Shown in pieces: positions 1 through 11,021 of a stretch of DNA of 64,000 nt. A program made the translations under genes and the position numbers. Source of the DNA: an uncultured Candidatus Binatia bacterium (GTDB taxonomy: Bacteria > Desulfobacterota > Binatia > Bin18). Location: the NCBI GenBank assembly GCA_965200965.1, contig OZ241744.1:96001-160000 (forward strand), in the 5' to 3' direction. Positions within the stretch are counted from its first letter, which is position 1. The number at the start of each line of letters is the position of its first letter. Under the pieces are notes generated by a model. The model was given only the letters and a program-made list of their open reading frames with translations. It was not told the origin of the DNA and did no database searches.

Positions 1-386
1 CGCTCCGCCGGGACCCACGGGTGGTGAATATCGAGCGCCAGAATATCCGCACGCTTGACCCGGCTTTCCTGAGCGCCCAACCCAGCCTGAGCGTTATTGA
101 CGCCTCGTTCATCTCGCTCACCAGGGTCATCCCCGCGGTTGTCACGCTGCTCGCCCTGGGCGGCCACGGCATCGCGCTGATCAAGCCCCAGTTCGAGCTC
201 GGCAAGGGCAGGGTTGGGAAAGGTGGAGTCGTTCGGGACCCGGCTCTCCACACAGCAGTCGTGAACCGGCTCCAGACCCAGGCCGCAGACTGGGGCCTCA
301 GGCCCCTGGGCCTGATTGAATCGCCGGTCCTTGGCTCTAAGGGCAATACGGAGTTTTTGTGGCACTGGCAGAAGCGGGAGGACTAG
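1..386 (+). CDS. tlyA: TlyA-family rRNA (cytidine-2'-O)-methyltransferase, 5'-truncated by the window edge
   Basis: Motifs IDASFISL, LIKPQFE, GKGGVVRD and SPVLGSKGNTEFL are typical of the TlyA C-terminal half. Confidence 0.9.
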   Translation, partial: LRRDPRVVNIERQNIRTLDPAFLSAQPSLSVIDASFISLTRVIPAVVTLLALGGHGIALIKPQFELGKGRVGKGGVVRDPALHTAVVNRLQTQAADWGLRPLGLIESPVLGSKGNTEFLWHWQKRED

Positions 387-402
387 AGCGCTTTGTCACC
401 CC

Positions 403-915
403 TCAGGCGTGGATCGTCTCCAAGAGCGAATTGGTTTCAAGCTCAGGCTCAGGGACGGCCAGGAGTGTTTGAACTGTGTGGTTGACCATCGCTTTGATGA
501 AGTTCTCCAACTTGAACTTCTTACAGCCCATTTCGGTATAGTCCCACTTCTTCGGGCCTGTAGACCTCCCGTGCTTGACTGTATCAGCCGCGTTTTCTTC
601 AGCCGTGGCAAGATAAAGGTGCTCCACCTCGAAGCACCCCTTTTGCCCGCATTTGTGGCCTGCTATCTTCGGCATCTTTCGATACTCGATCCCTAGGGCC
701 AGGGATAAGGCCAGCCGGTGAAGCGGATAGTTCTTGCCTTTGATCTCGATGATGTTGTAGCCGTCCCTCTTGTTCCTGTCGACGAACATACAGGGGTTCT
801 TAGGTTTCCAATCCGGAACTACCGGGGGAGGCTGAAACCAAGCTCGTTCTTTACACCACTCGACCGCTTCCTCCGGGGTTTGCCCATTAGGGCGTCTCTC
901 TCTGTTCTTGCTCAT
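403..915 (-). CDS. HNH (zinc-binding, phage/homing-type) endonuclease-like protein, 170 aa
   Basis: ATG at 915 with GAGGGG RBS; HRLA...GHKCGQKGCFEVEHLYLATAEENAAD matches HxCxxxxCxxxxHLxxxTxxxNxxD. Confidence 0.7.
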   Translation of the reverse strand: MSKNRERRPNGQTPEEAVEWCKERAWFQPPPVVPDWKPKNPCMFVDRNKRDGYNIIEIKGKNYPLHRLALSLALGIEYRKMPKIAGHKCGQKGCFEVEHLYLATAEENAADTVKHGRSTGPKKWDYTEMGCKKFKLENFIKAMVNHTVQTLLAVPEPELETNSLLETIHA

Positions 916-1057
916 TGCTTCCCCCTCTTGATCTCCGAGACCCGGAGTTCTTCCCGCAGGGCGTTGTGCTCCTCGTATATCGGATACCAGCCATCCGCGT
1001 GGGTGTACGCCTTGCCTTTGACGCTGAGCTCTCAGGTGTAAGCTGTGCGGCCCTGCG

Positions 1058-1249
1058 CTATTTGGGCACGGCTCGCACAATTTTTTTTTCCGTGTCCTGA
1101 TTGGCCCTAAACGCCTTGTGGGCGCTGACGCTGTGCAGGAGCACTTTTGCTTTTTCATCTTTATACTCTTGGCCGGCGTCGGCGCAGTCGCCGCAACTCC
1201 ATTGCTCAGCCTCAATGGTGGTGGCCTCTCCTCCGATAACTTGTGGCAT
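1058..1249 (-). CDS. small hypothetical protein with CxxC...HxxxxH (possible zinc finger), possibly frameshifted at an A9 run
   Basis: Strong AGGAGGAG RBS before ATG 1249; CGDC...HSVSAH. Confidence 0.5.
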   Translation of the reverse strand: MPQVIGGEATTIEAEQWSCGDCADAGQEYKDEKAKVLLHSVSAHKAFRANQDTEKKIVRAVPK

Positions 1250-1357
1250 ACGCTCCTCCTGTGTGGGCAGGTTTTCCCCTGTGTTTAGCTTGGTCAGCCC
1301 GATTGATCCAGGGGGTCCCCCCTAGCCGGATTCGGTCTTCCTTTGTACCTTGGCGGC

Positions 1358-2017
1358 ATGACACTGACGCGCCAACTGTACGGGGCCGCGGCCCCGGTCT
1401 GGCAACGATCGCTCGCCCATCCTTTTGTGAGGTCTCTTGGTGATGGTTCGCTGCCCTTGGACAATTTTCGTTTCTACATGCGCCAGGATTATGTCTTTTT
1501 GATTGAATACAGCCGTCTGCTGGCGCTGGCCGCGGCCAAAGCGCCGAGCCTGGAGATCATGGCCCGCTTTGCCAATCTTTTAGACGCTACGCTCAACCGC
1601 GAGATGGCCCTGCACCGGGAGTTTGCGGCCGAGTGCGGCATCACGGCTGAGGAGTTGGCCGCTACCCGGGCTGCGCCCACGACTCGGGCCTATACCGACC
1701 ATCTGTTGGGGGTAGCCTCGCTCGGCGATATGGCCGAGACTGTTGCAGCCCTGCTGCCGTGCCAGTGGGGGTATGCCGAGATTGGCCAGACCTTGGCCGA
1801 TCGCGGCATACCGGCTGACGCGCCGTTCTATGCCAAGTGGATCGAGATGTACGCGTCTGAAGAGTTTGCGGCCCTGGCCACATGGCTGCGCGAACTCCTT
1901 GATAGCTATGCCGGGAAAACCGATCCCGATCGGCTGGTTAAGACCTTTTATCGGAGCGCGCGCTATGAGTACCTGTTCTGGGAGATGTCGTACCGCATGG
2001 AGCAGTGGCCGGTCTAA
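1358..2017 (+). CDS. tenA: thiaminase II / aminopyrimidine aminohydrolase
   Basis: HPFV..LGDGSL, FRFYMRQDYVFL, catalytic LLPCQWGY, WIEMY, EYLFWEM. Confidence 0.92.
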   Translation: MTLTRQLYGAAAPVWQRSLAHPFVRSLGDGSLPLDNFRFYMRQDYVFLIEYSRLLALAAAKAPSLEIMARFANLLDATLNREMALHREFAAECGITAEELAATRAAPTTRAYTDHLLGVASLGDMAETVAALLPCQWGYAEIGQTLADRGIPADAPFYAKWIEMYASEEFAALATWLRELLDSYAGKTDPDRLVKTFYRSARYEYLFWEMSYRMEQWPV

Positions 2018-2056
2018 GCGGGTGGGTCCTCCGGGCGGGGGATGTTGCGGGGCGGC

Positions 2057-2085
2057 TTGACACGCTGGGTGGAGCCGGTTAAGAC
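2057..2085 (+). promoter_or_regulatory. sigma70-like promoter of the pyrC-carAB operon
   Basis: TTGACA (2057-2062), 17 nt spacer, TAAGAC. Confidence 0.55.
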
Positions 2086-2092
2086 AAGACGG

Positions 2093-2130
2093 CCTCTTGA
2101 ACCAGCCCTGTGAGGTGAGGACGGGTGAGC
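2093..2130 (+). promoter_or_regulatory. PyrR-binding-loop-like RNA element (pyrimidine attenuator)
   Basis: CTTGAA..AGCCCTGTGAGGT resembles the PyrR consensus UUUAA..ARUCCNGNGAGGYU; lies between the promoter and a terminator upstream of pyr genes. Confidence 0.65.
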
Positions 2131-2151
2131 ATACGCTGTATCGGGACATTC

Positions 2152-2190
2152 AAAAGGGCCTCCTTGCACTGCCAAGGGGGCCTTTTTTTT
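2152..2190 (+). terminator. intrinsic terminator (attenuator) in the pyrC leader
   Basis: GGCCTCCTTG-CACTGC-CAAGGGGGCC stem followed by T8. Confidence 0.85.
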
Positions 2191-2257
2191 ACCGCGATGT
2201 CCGGCTCTTGACCGCAGGATCGCACCGCAGCCTACCTTGTGGAAGGAGAGCAGCCCG

Positions 2258-3577
2258 ATGAGAGTTGTCATTCGCAACGGAACCCTGGTTGATCCGGCCA
2301 ATACGAGGAATGCGCCGGCTGACGTGGTGATTGAGGACGGGCGTATCCGAGGCGTGGAGCCGCCGGGCTCAGCCCGACTGTCTGACCCCTCCGCTCTGGA
2401 GGTGGATGCCCAGGGGTGGATTGTCGCGCCCGGTTTTGTTGACCTGCATGTGCATTTTCGCGAGCCGGGCTATGAGTACAAAGAAACCGTCCAGACCGGG
2501 GCCCAGTCCGCGGTGGCGGGCGGGTTTACAACGGTTGCCTGCATGGCCAATACCAATCCGGTCAACGATAGTAGTGCTGTCACCCGCTATATTCTTGACA
2601 AAGCCCGGACCGCAAACCTGGCTCGGGTGCTGCCTGTGGGAGCCCTGTCGGTCGGGCTCAAAGGCGAAAGCCTGGCTCCGCTCGGCGAGATGCAGGAAGC
2701 CGGGATTGTGGCGGTCTCCGATGACGGCCGACCGGTGATGAGCGCCCGGCTGATGCGCCAAGCCCTCGAGTGGTGCGCGGACTTGCGGCTTCCCGTCAGC
2801 GTACACGAGGAAGATCTCAGCCTGTCGGCCGGGGGGAGCATGAATGAAGGGCCGACTGCCGCCCGCCTGGGACGCAGAGGTGTCCCTAATGTGGCCGAAG
2901 AGGTGATGATTGCCCGAGATGTGACTCTTGCCCGTCTGACTGGCGGGCATCTGCATGTGGCCCACGTCAGCGCCCGCGGCTCAATTGACCTCATTCGTCA
3001 GGCCAAAAAAGACGGCCTGCCGGTCACTGCCGAGGTTGCGCCACACCATTTCAGCCTGACCGAAGAGGCGGTAGAGGAATATGGGGCCGACGCTAAGATG
3101 GCTCCGCCGTTGCGGCAGGTCGCAGATGTCGAAGCCATGCGGGAGGGCCTGCGGGATGGGACGCTTGACGCCATTGCCACCGATCATGCGCCCCATCATC
3201 GGGATGAGAAAGCCGGGGCATTTGAACATGCGGCCCACGGCGTAGTCGGCTTAGAGACGGCCCTGCCGCTGACCTTGGGCCTCGTCGAGGCTGGCGTTCT
3301 GTCCCTGAGTGAGGTGGTTCAGAAGCTGAGCTGGAACCCGGCCCGTATCTTTCATCTGCCCTACGGCAGCCTGTCGGTTGGCGTGCCTGCCGATGTGGCG
3401 GTTTTTGACCCCAATCATGCTTGGACCGTTGTGGCGGACGGGTTGCACTCAAAAAGTACAAACACGCCCTTTGTTGGGCAACGGATGAAGGGCAGGGTAA
3501 TGTTGACCCTGGTAGATGGCCGGGTGGTGTATGATGGCAGGTCAGAACCCCCCGGGGTAAAGCCGAAGGGGCGCTGA
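2258..3577 (+). CDS. pyrC: dihydroorotase
   Basis: [33 protein letters not shown]; GAAGGAGAG RBS. Confidence 0.95.
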   Translation: MRVVIRNGTLVDPANTRNAPADVVIEDGRIRGVEPPGSARLSDPSALEVDAQGWIVAPGFVDLHVHFREPGYEYKETVQTGAQSAVAGGFTTVACMANTNPVNDSSAVTRYILDKARTANLARVLPVGALSVGLKGESLAPLGEMQEAGIVAVSDDGRPVMSARLMRQALEWCADLRLPVSVHEEDLSLSAGGSMNEGPTAARLGRRGVPNVAEEVMIARDVTLARLTGGHLHVAHVSARGSIDLIRQAKKDGLPVTAEVAPHHFSLTEEAVEEYGADAKMAPPLRQVADVEAMREGLRDGTLDAIATDHAPHHRDEKAGAFEHAAHGVVGLETALPLTLGLVEAGVLSLSEVVQKLSWNPARIFHLPYGSLSVGVPADVAVFDPNHAWTVVADGLHSKSTNTPFVGQRMKGRVMLTLVDGRVVYDGRSEPPGVKPKGR

Positions 3578-3609
3578 GTCGGGCAGAGCCGCCGACATTG
3601 GAAGCTACG

Positions 3610-4743
3610 ATGAAAGCCTTGCTTGCTCTCGCGGACGGAACGGTTTTCCACGGCGGCGCTTTTGGTGCCGAGGGGGAGGCGGTTGGCGAGCTGGTGTTTA
3701 ATACCTCGCTGACCGGCTACCAGGAGATTTTGACCGATCCTTCCTACACGGGCCAGATTGTCACCATGACCTGTCCCGAGATCGGCAATGTAGGCGTCAA
3801 TTCAGAAGATGTTGAATCCCGGCGGCCGTTTGTCGAAGGCTTTGTGGTTAAGGAATACTGGCCCCGACCGAGTAGTTGGCGGGCCCGGCAGAGCCTCGCT
3901 GCGTATATGGCTGAGCACGGTATTGTCGGCATTCAGGGTGTTGATACCCGGGCTCTGGTCCGCCACATCCGCGATTATGGGGCCCAACAAGCCGTTATTT
4001 CAAGCGTTGAACTCGATCCCCAGCGGCTCGCAGCCACAGCCCGGGCGGTGCCAGGCTTGGAAGGCCGGGATCTGGTCAAAGAGGTAACCTGTGCCCAGCC
4101 CTATGACTGGCGGCAGGGCCACTGGGAACTTGGCTCGGGCTATAGCAACACGCAGGGGGCGGGGAGAGATCCGTCTTTTTTTGTTGTGGCCTACGATTAC
4201 GGCATGAAGTTCACTATCCTGCGCCAGCTCGTGGCGTCCGGCTGCCGGGTGCGGGTTGTCCCGGCCCAGACGCCGGCCCACGAGGTCTTGGCCCTGAAAC
4301 CCGACGGGGTCTTTCTGTCAAACGGTCCCGGAGACCCCGACGCGGTGCCGTACGCCATACGCAATGTGGCCGCCCTGCTCGGCCGGGTCCCGATATTTGG
4401 GATTTGTCTGGGGCATCAGATTCTGGGGCTGGCGCTGGGAGGTAGGACCTTCAAGCTCAAGTTCGGCCACCACGGCGGCAACCACCCGGTCATGGACATG
4501 GCGACCCGAAAGGTTGAAATCACCTCCCAAAATCACGGCTTTTGTGTTGATATCGCCTCGTTGGACGGGCGGGCCGAGGTCACCCATATCAACCTCAACG
4601 ATCAGACTGCGGAAGGGCTGAGTCACCTCCAGCATCCGCTGTTTTCCGTCCAATACCACCCCGAGGCATCCCCAGGGCCACACGACGCGGGCTATCTCTT
4701 TGCCCGCTTCACCGCCCTGATGGCTCGCCATAAAAGAGGCTAG
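3610..4743 (+). CDS. carA: carbamoyl-phosphate synthase small subunit
   Basis: [40 protein letters not shown]. Confidence 0.97.
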   Translation: MKALLALADGTVFHGGAFGAEGEAVGELVFNTSLTGYQEILTDPSYTGQIVTMTCPEIGNVGVNSEDVESRRPFVEGFVVKEYWPRPSSWRARQSLAAYMAEHGIVGIQGVDTRALVRHIRDYGAQQAVISSVELDPQRLAATARAVPGLEGRDLVKEVTCAQPYDWRQGHWELGSGYSNTQGAGRDPSFFVVAYDYGMKFTILRQLVASGCRVRVVPAQTPAHEVLALKPDGVFLSNGPGDPDAVPYAIRNVAALLGRVPIFGICLGHQILGLALGGRTFKLKFGHHGGNHPVMDMATRKVEITSQNHGFCVDIASLDGRAEVTHINLNDQTAEGLSHLQHPLFSVQYHPEASPGPHDAGYLFARFTALMARHKRG

Positions 4744-4761
4744 GCGCGCCCGCAGAAACCC

Positions 4762-7700
4762 ATGCCCAAACGAACCGACATTGACGCTATTCTCCTGATT
4801 GGCTCCGGGCCGATCATGATCGGCCAGGCGTGTGAGTTCGATTACTCCGGCACCCAGGCTTGCAAGGCGCTCAAGTCCGAGGGCTATCGGGTCATTCTGG
4901 TCAACTCGAATCCGGCCACGATTATGACCGACCCGGAGTTTGCCGATCGTACCTATATTGAGCCGCTGCGGCCTGAAATCGTGGAAAAAATTATCGCCCA
5001 CGAGCGTCCCGACGCGCTGCTGCCGACCATTGGCGGACAGACCGGCCTCAACTTGGCCATAGACTTGGCCGAGGCCGGGGTGCTTGACTGCTATGGGGTT
5101 GAGCTGGTCGGTGCCAAGCTGCCGGCGATTAAAAAAGCCGAAGACCGGGACCTGTTTAAGGCCGCTATGGAGCGTATCGGGCTTGACCTGCCGCGCAGCG
5201 GCTATGCCCACTCCTACCAGGAGGCCGAGCAGGTGTTGCACCAACTCGGCCTCCCGCTGATTGTCCGCCCGTCACGGACGCTGGGTGGGGCCGGCGGCGG
5301 TATTGTCGAGTCGCTTGACGACTTTCGACGCTTGGTCGCGTGGGGGCTGGACAGTTCTCCCAGCACCGAGGTGCTGATTGAAGAATCAATTGCGGGCTGG
5401 AAAGAGTTTGAGCTCGAGGTCATGCGCGACACCAAGGACAATGTCGTCATTGTCTGCTCAATTGAAAACCTCGATCCCATGGGCGTTCACACCGGCGACT
5501 CGATCACGGTTGCGCCGGCCCAAACCCTGACCGACAAAGAGTATCAACTCATGCGGGATGCAGCCCTGCGGATCATCCGTGAGGTCGGGGTGGATACTGG
5601 CGGCTCAAATATCCAGTTTGCCGTTGATCCCGCCAGCGGCCGGATGGTGGTCATTGAGATGAACCCGCGCGTCTCCCGCTCGTCGGCCCTGGCCAGCAAG
5701 GCGACCGGCTTTCCGATTGCCAAAATTGCGGCCAAGCTGGCGGTTGGCTATACGCTTGACGAGATTCCGAACGACATCACGCGCGAAACCCCAGCGAGTT
5801 TTGAACCGACGCTTGACTACGTCGTGGTCAAGATGCCGCGTTTTACCTTCGATAAGTTTCCCCAGGCCGACAGTGTGCTGGGGCCACAGATGAAATCAGT
5901 CGGCGAAGCCATGTCGATCGGGCGGACATTTAAAGAAGCATTACACAAAGCGCTCCGGTCTTTGGAAATCGGGAGTTCTGGGCTGGACGAGCGGTTTGAA
6001 AAGGTCAAGGGGGGAGACTCCGAGAGCCGACAAGAGGCGCTGCGGTACATCCGTGGCCATCTCCGCACGCCCCGGGCCGACCGCCTGTGGTATGTGGCCG
6101 AGGCGCTGCGCCTGGGCCTGTCGGTTGAAGAGTTGTATCGGATTACCAGAATTGATCCGTGGTTCTTAGACAATCTTGTCCAGATTCTCGACTTTGAGTC
6201 GGAGCTGCACACCGCCCCCCTCTCCCTTGAGCAGCCCCACATCCTGCGAACGGCCAAGGAGATGGGCTTTTCCGATTGTCGCCTGGCTGAGCTGGCCGGC
6301 CGCAACGAGACCGAGGTGCGCCAGTTGCGCGAACAGCACGGTATTACGCCGGTGTATAAAACGGTCGATACCTGCGCCGCCGAGTTTGTGGCCCATACCC
6401 CATATCTCTACTCAAGCTATGAGGGCGAGGACGAGGCCGGACCGACCACGCGCCGCAAGGTGATGATTCTGGGTGGCGGACCCAACCGCATCGGTCAGGG
6501 CATTGAGTTTGATTACTGCTGTGTTCACGCTGCCTTTGCCCTGAAGGACGACGGGTTTGAGACTATTATGGTCAACTGCAACCCGGAGACGGTGAGCACG
6601 GATTACGACACCTCGGATAAACTCTACTTTGAGCCGCTGACGTTTGAGGACGTATTGAGCATTGTGCGGGTCGAGCGACCGTTTGGGGTGATCGTGCAGT
6701 TTGGCGGCCAGACGCCGCTCAAACTGGCCGTACCGCTGGAGCAAGCCGGAGTGCCCATCCTGGGCACCAGCCCCGACTCCATTGACCGGGCTGAAGACCG
6801 GGAACGCTTTAAGGCCGTGCTCGAAAAACTCAGCCTGCGCCAGCCGCCAAACGGTATCGCTCGCTCAGCCGAAGAAGCGTTATGGATTGCCGAGCAAATC
6901 AGCTATCCGACCCTGGTCCGGCCGTCCTATGTGTTGGGCGGGCGGGCCATGCAGATGGTATATGACCGGGACAGCCTGCGGCGCTATATGCGCGAGGCAG
7001 TCTCGGTCTCGCCCGAACATCCGGTCCTGATCGACAAGTTTCTTGACAATGCGACCGAGGTTGATGTGGACGCGGTCAGCGACGGCCGGGATGTGGTTAT
7101 TGGCGGCATCATGGAGCACGTTGAACTGGCCGGAGTACACTCAGGAGATAGCGCCTGCTCGCTACCGCCCCGGAGTTTATCGCCGGCCGTCCAGAATGAG
7201 ATCCGGCACCAGACGACGCTGTTGGCCACTGAACTGCGGGTGGTGGGTCTGATCAATATCCAGTTTGCCGTCCAGGACCACACCGTCTATGTTCTGGAAG
7301 CCAATCCGCGCGCCTCTCGCACGGTGCCGTTTGTGAGCAAAGCGATTGGCCTGCCGCTGGCCAAGACCGCCGCCCGGGTCATGGGCGGCAAGACCTTGGC
7401 CGAACTCGGCTATACCCACGAGATTGTACCCAAACACGTCAGCGTCAAAGAGGCAGTCTTTCCCTTCATCAAGTTTCCCGGGGTCGATACCGTGCTGGGC
7501 CCGGAGATGAAATCGACCGGCGAGGTCATGGGCATTGACGCCGCTTTTGGGACAGCGTTTGCCAAAGCTCAGCTCGCCGCCGGGACGGTGCTGCCGATGC
7601 ACGGCCAAGCCGTGCTCAGCATCAGAGACCAGGATAAAGCCGCGGCTCTGTCGGTCGCCCAGCGTCTGGTCGAGAACGGCTTCCGGCTGGTGGCGACCCG

Positions 7701-7998
7701 GGGAACCGCCGCCTACCTGCGCAAGGCCGGTCTCAGCGTTGAAAGCGTCAATAAGGTCAAAGACGGTTCGCCCCACATTGTTGACGCCATACAGACCGGA
7801 ACTATTGCCCTGGTCATCAATACCACCGACGGCAGGCAGTCGCTGACCGACTCTTTTTCCATCCGCCGTACCGCCCTGGAGTGTCGAGTGCCGTATTTTA
7901 CCACCATTGCCGGCGCTGATGCCGCGGCTGAGGGCCTCAGCCGTTTGCGCCGCGGCTTGCTCGTCGTGAAGCCGGTGCAGGAGTATCATGCGCGGTAA
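4762..7998 (+). CDS. carB: carbamoyl-phosphate synthase large subunit
   Basis: MPKRTD...[10 protein letters not shown], two ATP-grasp domains, MGS domain; 1078 aa. Confidence 0.98.
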   Translation: MPKRTDIDAILLIGSGPIMIGQACEFDYSGTQACKALKSEGYRVILVNSNPATIMTDPEFADRTYIEPLRPEIVEKIIAHERPDALLPTIGGQTGLNLAIDLAEAGVLDCYGVELVGAKLPAIKKAEDRDLFKAAMERIGLDLPRSGYAHSYQEAEQVLHQLGLPLIVRPSRTLGGAGGGIVESLDDFRRLVAWGLDSSPSTEVLIEESIAGWKEFELEVMRDTKDNVVIVCSIENLDPMGVHTGDSITVAPAQTLTDKEYQLMRDAALRIIREVGVDTGGSNIQFAVDPASGRMVVIEMNPRVSRSSALASKATGFPIAKIAAKLAVGYTLDEIPNDITRETPASFEPTLDYVVVKMPRFTFDKFPQADSVLGPQMKSVGEAMSIGRTFKEALHKALRSLEIGSSGLDERFEKVKGGDSESRQEALRYIRGHLRTPRADRLWYVAEALRLGLSVEELYRITRIDPWFLDNLVQILDFESELHTAPLSLEQPHILRTAKEMGFSDCRLAELAGRNETEVRQLREQHGITPVYKTVDTCAAEFVAHTPYLYSSYEGEDEAGPTTRRKVMILGGGPNRIGQGIEFDYCCVHAAFALKDDGFETIMVNCNPETVSTDYDTSDKLYFEPLTFEDVLSIVRVERPFGVIVQFGGQTPLKLAVPLEQAGVPILGTSPDSIDRAEDRERFKAVLEKLSLRQPPNGIARSAEEALWIAEQISYPTLVRPSYVLGGRAMQMVYDRDSLRRYMREAVSVSPEHPVLIDKFLDNATEVDVDAVSDGRDVVIGGIMEHVELAGVHSGDSACSLPPRSLSPAVQNEIRHQTTLLATELRVVGLINIQFAVQDHTVYVLEANPRASRTVPFVSKAIGLPLAKTAARVMGGKTLAELGYTHEIVPKHVSVKEAVFPFIKFPGVDTVLGPEMKSTGEVMGIDAAFGTAFAKAQLAAGTVLPMHGQAVLSIRDQDKAAALSVAQRLVENGFRLVATRGTAAYLRKAGLSVESVNKVKDGSPHIVDAIQTGTIALVINTTDGRQSLTDSFSIRRTALECRVPYFTTIAGADAAAEGLSRLRRGLLVVKPVQEYHAR

Positions 7999-8012
7999 GC
8001 GGAGATGTTCCT

Positions 8013-10145
8013 GTGTCTGAGCGTTCCGCACCGCAGCCGCCGACCCCTCGCCCTTTCCGTTCTGCGCCAGCGCTGAAAAAACCTGCCCAGTATGTGAAGG
8101 GGGTCGGGCCCAAGCGTGCCCAGCAGTTGGCGCGGCTGGGCATCCACACGGTGGAGGACCTGCTGTATCACCTGCCATTCCGCTATCAGGACCGCCGCCA
8201 GCTGAAGCTGATCCGCGACCTGGCCGCCGGCGAGGAAGGGGCAACGGCGGGGCAGTTGGTTCGTATGGAACGGCGCTTTATGGGCCGGCGACGCCGTTGG
8301 GTGCTTGAAGGCGTGGTCCGGGACGAGACCGGATTTCTGTTTCTGATGTGGTATCACCAGCACCGCTATTTCCAGCAGAAATATCGGGTCGGTCAGCGGG
8401 TTCTGCTGTTCGGCAAGGTTGACCTCGGCCTCAAGGGCGGCAAGTGGATGATCCACCCGGATATGGAGTTGGTTGACGAAGAGGAGCAGGCGGCTCGTAT
8501 CCTGCCCATCTACAACAAAACAACCGAGATGACGGTTGCTGCCATGCGCCGCCTTGTGCATGGCGTGGTCAAGGCGTATGCCGATCTGGTGCCCAAATGC
8601 CTGCCGCCCGAGTGCAGCCCGCGTTTGGGCCTGATGGACCTGAGCACCGCCCTGCGCTACCTGCACATGCCGCCGGCCGATGCTGACCTCAAGCCGCTCA
8701 ACGAGGTGACATCCGAGGCGCATCGGGCGGTTGTCTTTGACGAACTCTTCTACCTCCAGTTAGGCATGACACTGCGGCGGCGAAGTCTGGTCAAAGAGGA
8801 TGGTCTGTCTATTGTGCCGGGAATGCTCTCGACCCGTCTGCGCGAGGTCCTGCCCTTTCGTCTGACCGCGGCTCAGGAGCGTGTTCTGGAAGCCATCCAC
8901 CGTGATATGGCCGCCCCCCATCCGATGAACCGTCTGGTCCAGGGCGATGTCGGTTCGGGCAAAACGATGGTCGCCTTCAGCACCGCTATGGCGGCCCTTG
9001 ACAGTGGCTTCCAGGTCGCCTTTATGTCCCCGACCGAACTCTTGGCCGAGCAGCATTTTCGCACCCTCAGCCCCCTGGCCGACGCGCTCCAGGTGTCTAT
9101 CGCGCTGTTGACCGGCGGTACCAAACGCAAACATGAAGTGTACGGCAGGCTGGAGCGGGGCGAGATTGAGATTGTGGTCGGGACCCACGCCCTTATTCAA
9201 GAGGGGGTGGGTTTTCGTCAGCTCGGCTTAGCCATTGTGGATGAGCAGCACCGCTTTGGGGTGATGCAGCGCGCCGCCCTCAAACGACACGGTGCCAACC
9301 CGGACCTGCTGCTGATGACCGCCACCCCGATTCCGCGCACCCTGGCGCTGACTATCTACGGGGACCTTGAGGTATCGGTGATTGACGAGTTGCCGCCCGG
9401 CCGGAAACCGGTTGCCACCCGTGTTTTTCACGAAGGCGAACGCCAGCAGGCCTACCGGCTGGTCAAAGACCATCTCGACCGTGGCCATCAGGCGTATGTA
9501 GTCTACCCGTTGGTTGAAGAATCAGAGAAATCAGACTTGAAAGCCGCGACTAGCATGGCCGAAGAATTAGCCGCCGGCGTCTTTCGGAGTTATGCCGTGG
9601 CCCTCCTCCACGGCCGCATGAAAAGTGATGCCAAGGACGAGATTATGAGAGGTTTTCAAAATGGCGACTATCAGTTGCTCGTTTCAACGACCGTCATTGA
9701 AGTTGGCATTGATGTGCCCAACGCCACGGTCATGTTGATTGAACATGCCGAGCGCTTTGGCCTCTCCCAGCTCCACCAGCTGCGCGGACGGGTCGGGCGT
9801 GGACAGGCTGAGTCCGAGTGTCTTCTGTTGGCCCAGTATACGCCGGCCGACGAATCCATCCGGCGCCTTCAGGTCATGGCTGACTCCAACGACGGCTTTC
9901 GGATCGCCGAGGCCGACCTGGCCTTTCGGGGGCCGGGGGAATTTCTCGGCACGCGCCAGTCCGGTCTGCCCGATTTTCGGGTCGCCAACATCGTCCGTGA
10001 CAGCCGCATCCTGGAAACCGCTCGGCAGGAAGCCCAAGCCTGGCTGGAAAAAGACCCCGATTTGCGCTCCCCGGCCTCCCGGAAGATGCGGGCGATTCTG
10101 GAGGAACGCTGGGCCGGGCGCCTGGAACTGGCCCGGGTGGGCTAG
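8013..10145 (+). CDS. recG: ATP-dependent DNA helicase RecG
   Basis: KGVGPKRA, QGDVGSGKT, DEQHRFG, MTATPIPR, QLRGRVGRG, RGPGEFLG. Confidence 0.97.
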   Translation: MSERSAPQPPTPRPFRSAPALKKPAQYVKGVGPKRAQQLARLGIHTVEDLLYHLPFRYQDRRQLKLIRDLAAGEEGATAGQLVRMERRFMGRRRRWVLEGVVRDETGFLFLMWYHQHRYFQQKYRVGQRVLLFGKVDLGLKGGKWMIHPDMELVDEEEQAARILPIYNKTTEMTVAAMRRLVHGVVKAYADLVPKCLPPECSPRLGLMDLSTALRYLHMPPADADLKPLNEVTSEAHRAVVFDELFYLQLGMTLRRRSLVKEDGLSIVPGMLSTRLREVLPFRLTAAQERVLEAIHRDMAAPHPMNRLVQGDVGSGKTMVAFSTAMAALDSGFQVAFMSPTELLAEQHFRTLSPLADALQVSIALLTGGTKRKHEVYGRLERGEIEIVVGTHALIQEGVGFRQLGLAIVDEQHRFGVMQRAALKRHGANPDLLLMTATPIPRTLALTIYGDLEVSVIDELPPGRKPVATRVFHEGERQQAYRLVKDHLDRGHQAYVVYPLVEESEKSDLKAATSMAEELAAGVFRSYAVALLHGRMKSDAKDEIMRGFQNGDYQLLVSTTVIEVGIDVPNATVMLIEHAERFGLSQLHQLRGRVGRGQAESECLLLAQYTPADESIRRLQVMADSNDGFRIAEADLAFRGPGEFLGTRQSGLPDFRVANIVRDSRILETARQEAQAWLEKDPDLRSPASRKMRAILEERWAGRLELARVG

Positions 10146-10244
10146 GCAGCGTTTCGACAGAGTTGTGCCCGCTGAGCTTGTCTGACAAGGCTCTTTACTT
10201 TTACGGTATCGTTCAGGTACGCTTACCAGCGAACAGGAGAATGT

Positions 10245-11021
10245 ATGGTGCGTAAGACTTGCCTGGTGTGGCCACTGGCGTGGATAAGCCTGATGAGTTG
10301 GACAGGGCTGGCAGCAGCCCAAGCCCTGGAGTCGTCGCTTGAGGCCCAGACCGAAGCAACGCAAGCCGGTATCCACTCTCAGGAAAAAATTGACCGCCTC
10401 GACGACGAGGCCCAGCAGTTACTCAGCACCTACCGGGGGATTGTCCAGCAGACCGAGAGCCTCCGGGTGTATACCGAGCAGCTTGACCGTATGCTCGCCG
10501 CCCAAGAGCAGGAAGTGGCCTCTCTCGGTGTGCAGTTGCAGGAGATTGAGGTCACACAACGCGATATTGTGCCCCTGCTGGTCCGTATGCTGGAGCGCCT
10601 TGAGCAGTTTGTCGCCCTGGATATTCCCTTCTTGCCCGGAGAACGCCAGGCGCGTCTGGTCAGTCTGCGGGGTTGGCTTGATCAGTCCGATCTGGTGGTT
10701 GCCGAGAAGTACCGCCGCATCATGGAAGCCTATCAAGTCGAGATGGAATACGGTCGGACGCTTGAGGCCTACCGGGGAGGGTTGACCCGCGACGGTCAGG
10801 AACGAACGGTTGACTTCTTGCGGGTTGGCCGGCTGGCACTGCTCTATCAGAGCCTGGACGGCCACCAGGTCGGGCAGTGGAATCAGGCTGCCCGGCAGTG
10901 GGAGCCGCTGCCTCAGACCTACCAGGCAGCCATTGCGCGTGGCCTGCTGGTTGCCCAGAGACAATCGACCCCGCAGATGCTCACACTGCCTGTTCCCGCT
11001 CCAAATGAGGTGACACGGTGA
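10245..11021 (+). CDS. DUF3450 (TtpB-like) periplasmic coiled-coil protein of a TonB system
   Basis: Signal peptide; DIPFLPGERQARL, EKYRRIMEAYQVEMEYG, VDFLRVGR; first gene of an exbB/exbD/tonB cluster. Confidence 0.8.
   Translation: MVRKTCLVWPLAWISLMSWTGLAAAQALESSLEAQTEATQAGIHSQEKIDRLDDEAQQLLSTYRGIVQQTESLRVYTEQLDRMLAAQEQEVASLGVQLQEIEVTQRDIVPLLVRMLERLEQFVALDIPFLPGERQARLVSLRGWLDQSDLVVAEKYRRIMEAYQVEMEYGRTLEAYRGGLTRDGQERTVDFLRVGRLALLYQSLDGHQVGQWNQAARQWEPLPQTYQAAIARGLLVAQRQSTPQMLTLPVPAPNEVTR

Noticed and set aside
1250-1357. Possible TPP riboswitch upstream of tenA
   Set aside because: No CTGAGA / CCTGA..GGGA core visible
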